Notes under the pieces: model-generated
What the model was told of the DNA's origin: nothing
What the model saw: only the letters and a program-made list of their open reading frames with translations
Database searches by the model: none
Made by a program: the position numbers and the translations under genes
From: Lysobacterales bacterium
Lineage (GTDB): Bacteria > Pseudomonadota > Gammaproteobacteria > Xanthomonadales > SZUA-5
Reading direction: 5' to 3'
Assembly (NCBI GenBank): GCA_022844165.1
Contig: JALHMH010000021.1
Coordinates: forward strand, 16,646 to 80,645
DNA: 64,000 nt
Shown: positions 59,801-64,000 of the stretch, piece after piece
Layout: every line of letters begins with the position of its first letter
Position numbering within the stretch: the first letter of the stretch is position 1

Positions 59801-61377
59801 TCAGGTTCCAACAATGCAATCCGGCCTTCGAGCGCATGAGCGGTTACACGACGACTGAGTTGCGCGGATTGTCCTGGTCGATGTTCGACAGCACCAAGCA
59901 CGATCCGGCCTTCTACGAACAGCGCATCGGCGCGCTTTCCAGGCACGGGCAATGGCGTGGCGAATGTTGGCAACGCGACCGCAAGGGCGACGACTTGTTG
60001 TTTGCGCTTGATGCCGTGATGACGCGAGACCGGGAGACGGATGCGCCCTATGTGGTCCTGGTGCAAACCGACATTACGGCTCGTAAGCTCGCTGAAGTAG
60101 AACTTCGCCAAATGGCCAGTTTTGATCAGCTCACGGGACTTGCGAATCGCTCGGCGTTGATGAAAGAGCTGGGACAGCGCCTGTTGGAGGCGCGCGCACG
60201 AAACGCACCGGTCGCCATGCTGTTTCTGGACCTGGATCGCTTCAAACAAATCAACGACAGCTTAGGTCATGCAGCCGGCGACGAACTCTTGCGAGCTGTC
60301 GGCCAGCGCCTCGTGAGCCACCTTCCGCAGCTCGCCTTTGTGGCGCGTCAGGGTGGCGACGAGTTCATTGTGCTGCTCGACGACAGCGCTGGCGCAAGAC
60401 ACGCAGTGGACGTCGCCAGACGACTGCTCGATGCCTTCGCCGCACCGATCGATATCCGCGGAAGCGCGGTCAAGATCACCCCGAGTATCGGTATTGCGCT
60501 CTATCCCGATCACGCCAATAACGTTGAGGACTTGATGCGATTTGCGGACGCAGCGATGTATGCGGCCAAGGGTGAAGGGCGTAATTCGATCTTCGTTTAT
60601 CGCGATAGCCTGGCGAGTCATGGAAAACTACGTTTGGAATTGGAGCAAAGCGTTCGGCGCGGTAACGGCTTCCGCGACTTTTCGGTGCATTACCAGCCCA
60701 TTTTTCGCCTGACGGACCGGACACCGGTTGCCGTGGAAGCGTTGTTGCGCTGGCGTTTGCTGGACGAAGAGGTTTCACCTTCCGTGTTTGTTCCACTCCT
60801 CGAAGAAAGCGGGCTGATCATCGAAGTTGGGCGGTTCGTGCTCACTCAGGCACTGGGTCAGCTTGCCGAATGGCGAAGGGCCGGGATGCACGCCTTGCGC
60901 GTCTCGGTCAATCTCTCGACTTTGCAGTTGCTCCGTGCTGAGCTGGTCGGCGAGATCAGGTTAGCACTCGAGAGTGCTGGGTTGCCCGGTAGCGCACTGG
61001 AGCTCGAACTGACCGAAACGCTGGTGATGAGCAATCCAGAACAAGCGATTCGTACGCTCAGCGATTTAAAGGCACTGGGTGTGGTCATCGTCGTCGACGA
61101 CTTCGGCACGGGCTACTCGTCGTTGAGTTATCTGAAACGCCTTCCTATCGATAAGCTCAAGATCGACCGCGAATTCGTCCGCGACTTGATCGATGATGCC
61201 GACGACGCGCTCATTGTGGAGACCATCCTGGCGATGGCGGACGCGTTGAAGATCGGCGTTATTGCCGAGGGCGTGGAGAACGAAGCTCAACTCGCGTTCC
61301 TGGCCGAACACGGCTGCACCGAAGTGCAAGGATTCCTGCTCGGCAGGCCGTTGCCGGCCGCTGAACTCTGGAACTGA
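56899..61377 (+). CDS. Beta-propeller/Y_Y_Y sensor with PAS-PAS-GGDEF-EAL output (c-di-GMP cyclase/phosphodiesterase)
   Basis: Signal peptide; QDRTGFLWIGTQSGLHRYDG propeller repeats, TNLAPGNYTLQLRASNSDG, TM helix, VHPDD PAS, DQLTGLANR, RQGGDEF, VEALLRW, ELELTE, DDFGTGYSSLSYL, AEGVE, QGF. Confidence 0.93.
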   Translation: MCPNRTRRYLRLAILILGGAFAMPAVAFDATFRQLGADRGLYQSTISALVQDRTGFLWIGTQSGLHRYDGQAIEFLRLRHDANAPEEPFVTALAADHSDGLFVGTPTTGIGRLDLRTLRFAACPPSAHSDPDRADQIIQLRIDHKNTLWIVSHAGIEILEPDASRRQVVYRDAEPSTVLGGRTILGIAPHGNRMLMATKRQLLRLSKQDAPEVLLDGDVGTMESIATRVDGGIWIKASRGLFRYDNGKVEYVASINAQPTTSVVVSNLLDDGLGAVWYGVSGHGLVRVDCTTGRSHWFHGEDRVPGKLPADNISVLLRDASGLIWTGTEFSGLWSAPSEGSRFRTIRDQPSTGSQTSTNNVRALAALGESVFVGTEGHGLKQFHWPTQQFEDVTAWLLTALAEANLAPPKEIRVHGLRSDHEDVLWAATSEGAFRIDVPAASAKLIPMHDALPKGPLQRFVRSTLIVGDEVWFGTQANGVIRCDSNFERCRQYRHETSSLSNDLVLMLEKDRQGRIWAGTLDGLNLYDAAKDDWQSFGVDDGLPSSVVRHMLSGSEGRVFFSTHGGVARLDIVEGRIRFDSDFAINQSPDPTTYAIAEDTNGMFWLSGNRGLIAFMPDSGHFHTFGPEDGLQGFEFNGGSVAAIDGKLLFGGIGGINAFDPAQIRVSQFTARLAITAWSIDGAAGAPLAPGETLRLAAHQRQINLSFSALDFRAPSRNRYAHRLLGFDDVWAEGVGRGQVSLTNLAPGNYTLQLRASNSDGVWNEKLVEIPVSVAAPWWGTQQARFAYAILVVVSAGLAWLVFRRRRQRRLAYVDALRLREDRLKLSLWGSGDGFWDWDLRTNTIHREGLDRVLGMPRSEMEMDLSDWKTGEVHPDDLPKVNERIFRHVHGQAEHYESEHRLRGADGNWIWILARGKVVERDAAGNAQRVSGTVRNIETQRRAQHEARVATEVIRTMGEAVAVLDSEFRFQQCNPAFERMSGYTTTELRGLSWSMFDSTKHDPAFYEQRIGALSRHGQWRGECWQRDRKGDDLLFALDAVMTRDRETDAPYVVLVQTDITARKLAEVELRQMASFDQLTGLANRSALMKELGQRLLEARARNAPVAMLFLDLDRFKQINDSLGHAAGDELLRAVGQRLVSHLPQLAFVARQGGDEFIVLLDDSAGARHAVDVARRLLDAFAAPIDIRGSAVKITPSIGIALYPDHANNVEDLMRFADAAMYAAKGEGRNSIFVYRDSLASHGKLRLELEQSVRRGNGFRDFSVHYQPIFRLTDRTPVAVEALLRWRLLDEEVSPSVFVPLLEESGLIIEVGRFVLTQALGQLAEWRRAGMHALRVSVNLSTLQLLRAELVGEIRLALESAGLPGSALELELTETLVMSNPEQAIRTLSDLKALGVVIVVDDFGTGYSSLSYLKRLPIDKLKIDREFVRDLIDDADDALIVETILAMADALKIGVIAEGVENEAQLAFLAEHGCTEVQGFLLGRPLPAAELWN

Positions 61378-61399
61378 GGAGCGGCAAGCCCGCGGTCAC

Positions 61400-64000
61400 T
61401 CACCTGCGCCGCGCCTTATCGCGTTTGAACATCTCGGCCAGGAACCGACCCGTATGCGAGCGCTTCGACTTTGCGATGTGTTCGGGCGTGCCAACGGCAA
61501 TGATCTCGCCACCGCCATAACCGCCCTCCGGACCCAGGTCGATGACCCAGTCAGCCGTCTTGATGACGTCCAGATTGTGTTCGATGACGACGACGGTATT
61601 GCCACGACCGACGAGCTCGTGCAGCACACTCAGGAGCTGCTCGATGTCATGAAAATGCAGACCAGTTGTCGGTTCGTCGAGGATATACAAGGTCTGTCCG
61701 GTATCGCGCCGCGACAACTCGCTGGCGAGCTTCACGCGTTGTGCTTCTCCGCCTGAAAGTGTCGTCGCCGATTGTCCGAGCGTGATGTATGACAAACCCA
61801 CGTCGAGCAGCGTCTGCAGCTTGCGCGCCAGCTGCGGCACGGGCTCGAACAGTTTGAACGCGTCCTCGACGGTCATCGCCAGGATGTCGGCGATCGAATG
61901 GCCCTTGTACAAGATCTCCATCGTTTCGCGGTTGTACCGCTTGCCGCCGCATACATCGCAGGGCACATAAACGTCCGGCAAAAAGTGCATCTCAACTTTG
62001 ATCATGCCGTCGCCCTGGCAGGCCTCGCAGCGCCCACCCTTGACGTTGAACGAAAACCGCCCCGGCAGGTAACCCCGCGCGCGAGACTCCGGCACTTGAG
62101 CGTAGAGCTCGCGAATTGGCGTGAACAATCCGGTGTAAGTCGCTGGGTTCGAACGAGGCGTGCGACCAATCGGGCTCTGATCGATGTCCACGACTTTGTC
62201 GAAGAACTCCAAGCCACGAACTTCCTTGAACGATGCGGGCGACCCGTTGGCGCCATTCAACCGAATCGCCGCGAGCTGGTGGAGCGTATCGTTGATCAAG
62301 GTCGATTTACCCGAACCCGAGACACCGGTGACGCAGACAAAACACCCTGCAGGCACTTCGAGATCGACGTTCTTGAGGTTGTTGCCACTGGCACCTGTGA
62401 GCACGATCTTCTTGTCCGACGGCTTACGCCGAACCGCCGGTGTCTGGATGCAACGCTCGCCGGTGAGGAACTTTGCGGTAATGGACTCGGGGGCTTTGCT
62501 GATGGCTGCGAAGTTGCCTTGCGCTACCACCCGTCCACCATGCACGCCTGCGCCGGGGCCGATATCGACGATGTGATCGGCAGCACGAATCGCATCTTCA
62601 TCGTGCTCGACGACGATGACCGTGTTGCCAAGATCGCGCAGCCGTAACAAAGTGCCCAGCAGTCGTTCGTTGTCGCGCTGATGCAAACCAATCGACGGTT
62701 CATCGAGGACGTACATGACGCCGACCAGCCCAGCACCGATCTGGCTGGCGAGACGAATGCGCTGCGCCTCGCCGCCGGACAGCGTTTCCGCCGAGCGATC
62801 CAAAGTGAGGTATTGCAGCCCAACATCAGACAAAAACTGCAAGCGTTCGCGAATTTCCTTCTGAATTTTCAGCGCCACCTCACCACGCCAACCCTCAAGC
62901 TCAAGGGACTCAAAGACCTCTAGTGCGCGGCTCACCGGCAGGGCTGTGCACTCCTGAACGGCACGCCCGGCGACACGAACATGGCGTGCCGAACGATTCA
63001 GCCGTGCGCCACCGCAGTCGGGACAAGTCCGATGCGAGATGTACTTGGCCAATTCCTCGCGCACGGCTTGCGACTCGGTCTCCCGATACCGCCGTTCGAA
63101 GTTGGTAACAATGCCCTCAAAGGGCTGCTTTTTCTTCAGACTGTTTTGGCCATCGCCGAAATAGCGAAATTCGATCGTTTCGCTGCCGCTGCCGAACAAC
63201 AGCGCATCGCGAATGCGCTGCGGCAGATCACGCCATGGCGTTTCGACATCGAATTTGTAGTGGCGCGCGAGCGACGTCAGCAGCTGAAAAAAGTAGGGAT
63301 TGCGTCGATCCCAGCTGCGAATAGCACCTGCAGCCAACGGCCGCTCCGGATGCGCCACCACTCGATCTGGATCGAAGAATTGAGTGACGCCGAGACCATC
63401 ACAGGTGGGACACGCACCGGCTGGCGAATTGAATGAAAACAGTCGCGGTTCGAGTTCTTGCAGCGAGTAATCGCAGACCGGGCAGGAGAACTTCGCCGAA
63501 TACAGTTGTGATGGCGCGCGTTCGTCGTCCATGTTGACCACAATCGCCAGTCCATCTCCTAAACGCAGCGCCGTCTCGAACGATTCCGCAAGCCGCTGCT
63601 TCAGGTCTGCGCGCGGCCGGAAGCGATCGACAACCGCCTCAATCGTATGTTTGCTGCGCAGCGCAAGCGTTGGCACGGCCTCGATTTCGTGCACGACATT
63701 GTCGACCCTCACACGCACAAAGCCTTGCGCTCGCAACTGCTCAAAGACCTGCACGTGTTCGCCCTTGCGTTCCCGAACCACCGGCGCCAAAAGCATGTAG
63801 CGATGTTCATCCGGCAAAGCCAGCGCCGCGTCGACCATCTGACTCACCGTTTGCGCAGCCAGTGCGATGCCGTGGTCGGGACAATGCGGCACGCCGACGC
63901 GCGCATACAGCAAGCGCAGGTAGTCATAAATCTCGGTCACCGTACCGACCGTCGAGCGAGGATTGTGCGAGGTGGATTTCTGTTCAATCGAAATCGCCGG
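61400..64000 (-). CDS. uvrA: Excinuclease ABC subunit A (partial, 5' end outside window)
   Basis: [10 protein letters not shown], zinc fingers, [68 protein letters not shown]. Confidence 0.98.
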   Translation of the reverse strand, partial: PAISIEQKSTSHNPRSTVGTVTEIYDYLRLLYARVGVPHCPDHGIALAAQTVSQMVDAALALPDEHRYMLLAPVVRERKGEHVQVFEQLRAQGFVRVRVDNVVHEIEAVPTLALRSKHTIEAVVDRFRPRADLKQRLAESFETALRLGDGLAIVVNMDDERAPSQLYSAKFSCPVCDYSLQELEPRLFSFNSPAGACPTCDGLGVTQFFDPDRVVAHPERPLAAGAIRSWDRRNPYFFQLLTSLARHYKFDVETPWRDLPQRIRDALLFGSGSETIEFRYFGDGQNSLKKKQPFEGIVTNFERRYRETESQAVREELAKYISHRTCPDCGGARLNRSARHVRVAGRAVQECTALPVSRALEVFESLELEGWRGEVALKIQKEIRERLQFLSDVGLQYLTLDRSAETLSGGEAQRIRLASQIGAGLVGVMYVLDEPSIGLHQRDNERLLGTLLRLRDLGNTVIVVEHDEDAIRAADHIVDIGPGAGVHGGRVVAQGNFAAISKAPESITAKFLTGERCIQTPAVRRKPSDKKIVLTGASGNNLKNVDLEVPAGCFVCVTGVSGSGKSTLINDTLHQLAAIRLNGANGSPASFKEVRGLEFFDKVVDIDQSPIGRTPRSNPATYTGLFTPIRELYAQVPESRARGYLPGRFSFNVKGGRCEACQGDGMIKVEMHFLPDVYVPCDVCGGKRYNRETMEILYKGHSIADILAMTVEDAFKLFEPVPQLARKLQTLLDVGLSYITLGQSATTLSGGEAQRVKLASELSRRDTGQTLYILDEPTTGLHFHDIEQLLSVLHELVGRGNTVVVIEHNLDVIKTADWVIDLGPEGGYGGGEIIAVGTPEHIAKSKRSHTGRFLAEMFKRDKARRR

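Overview
A GC-rich (roughly 60%) bacterial chromosome segment, most consistent with a Xanthomonadales/Lysobacterales gammaproteobacterium. That placement is inferred from gene order (ftsY-rsmD-coaD, yajC-secD-secF, split pntA), the large membrane ankyrin protein and secreted proteins ending in a GFE motif. Housekeeping genes: mutS, mutY, ftsY, rsmD, coaD, pntAA/pntAB/pntB, yajC-secD-secF, cobT-cobS, pckG, ltaE, an EF-G paralogue and partial uvrA. These are interleaved with many signalling genes: a CheW-less, membrane-anchored CheA-like kinase plus CheY, and four GGDEF proteins. The most notable feature is a four-gene operon with overlapping stop/start codons (55055-51807, minus strand): split-borosin-type peptide alpha-N-methyltransferase, GNAT, small precursor peptide with an acidic tail, and a periplasmic TPR-like diguanylate cyclase. 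A YtrA-regulated ABC transporter / S9 peptidase cassette lies about 2.5 kb away. Also seen: two diverged copies of a ~145 bp MITE-like four-hairpin element, a chimeric pseudogene scar, a 2317-aa surface protein coupled to an FHA-GGDEF gene, and a shared C-terminal GFE motif. No rRNA, tRNA, CRISPR array or transposase was seen. All assignments come from reading motifs by eye; no database searches were run.
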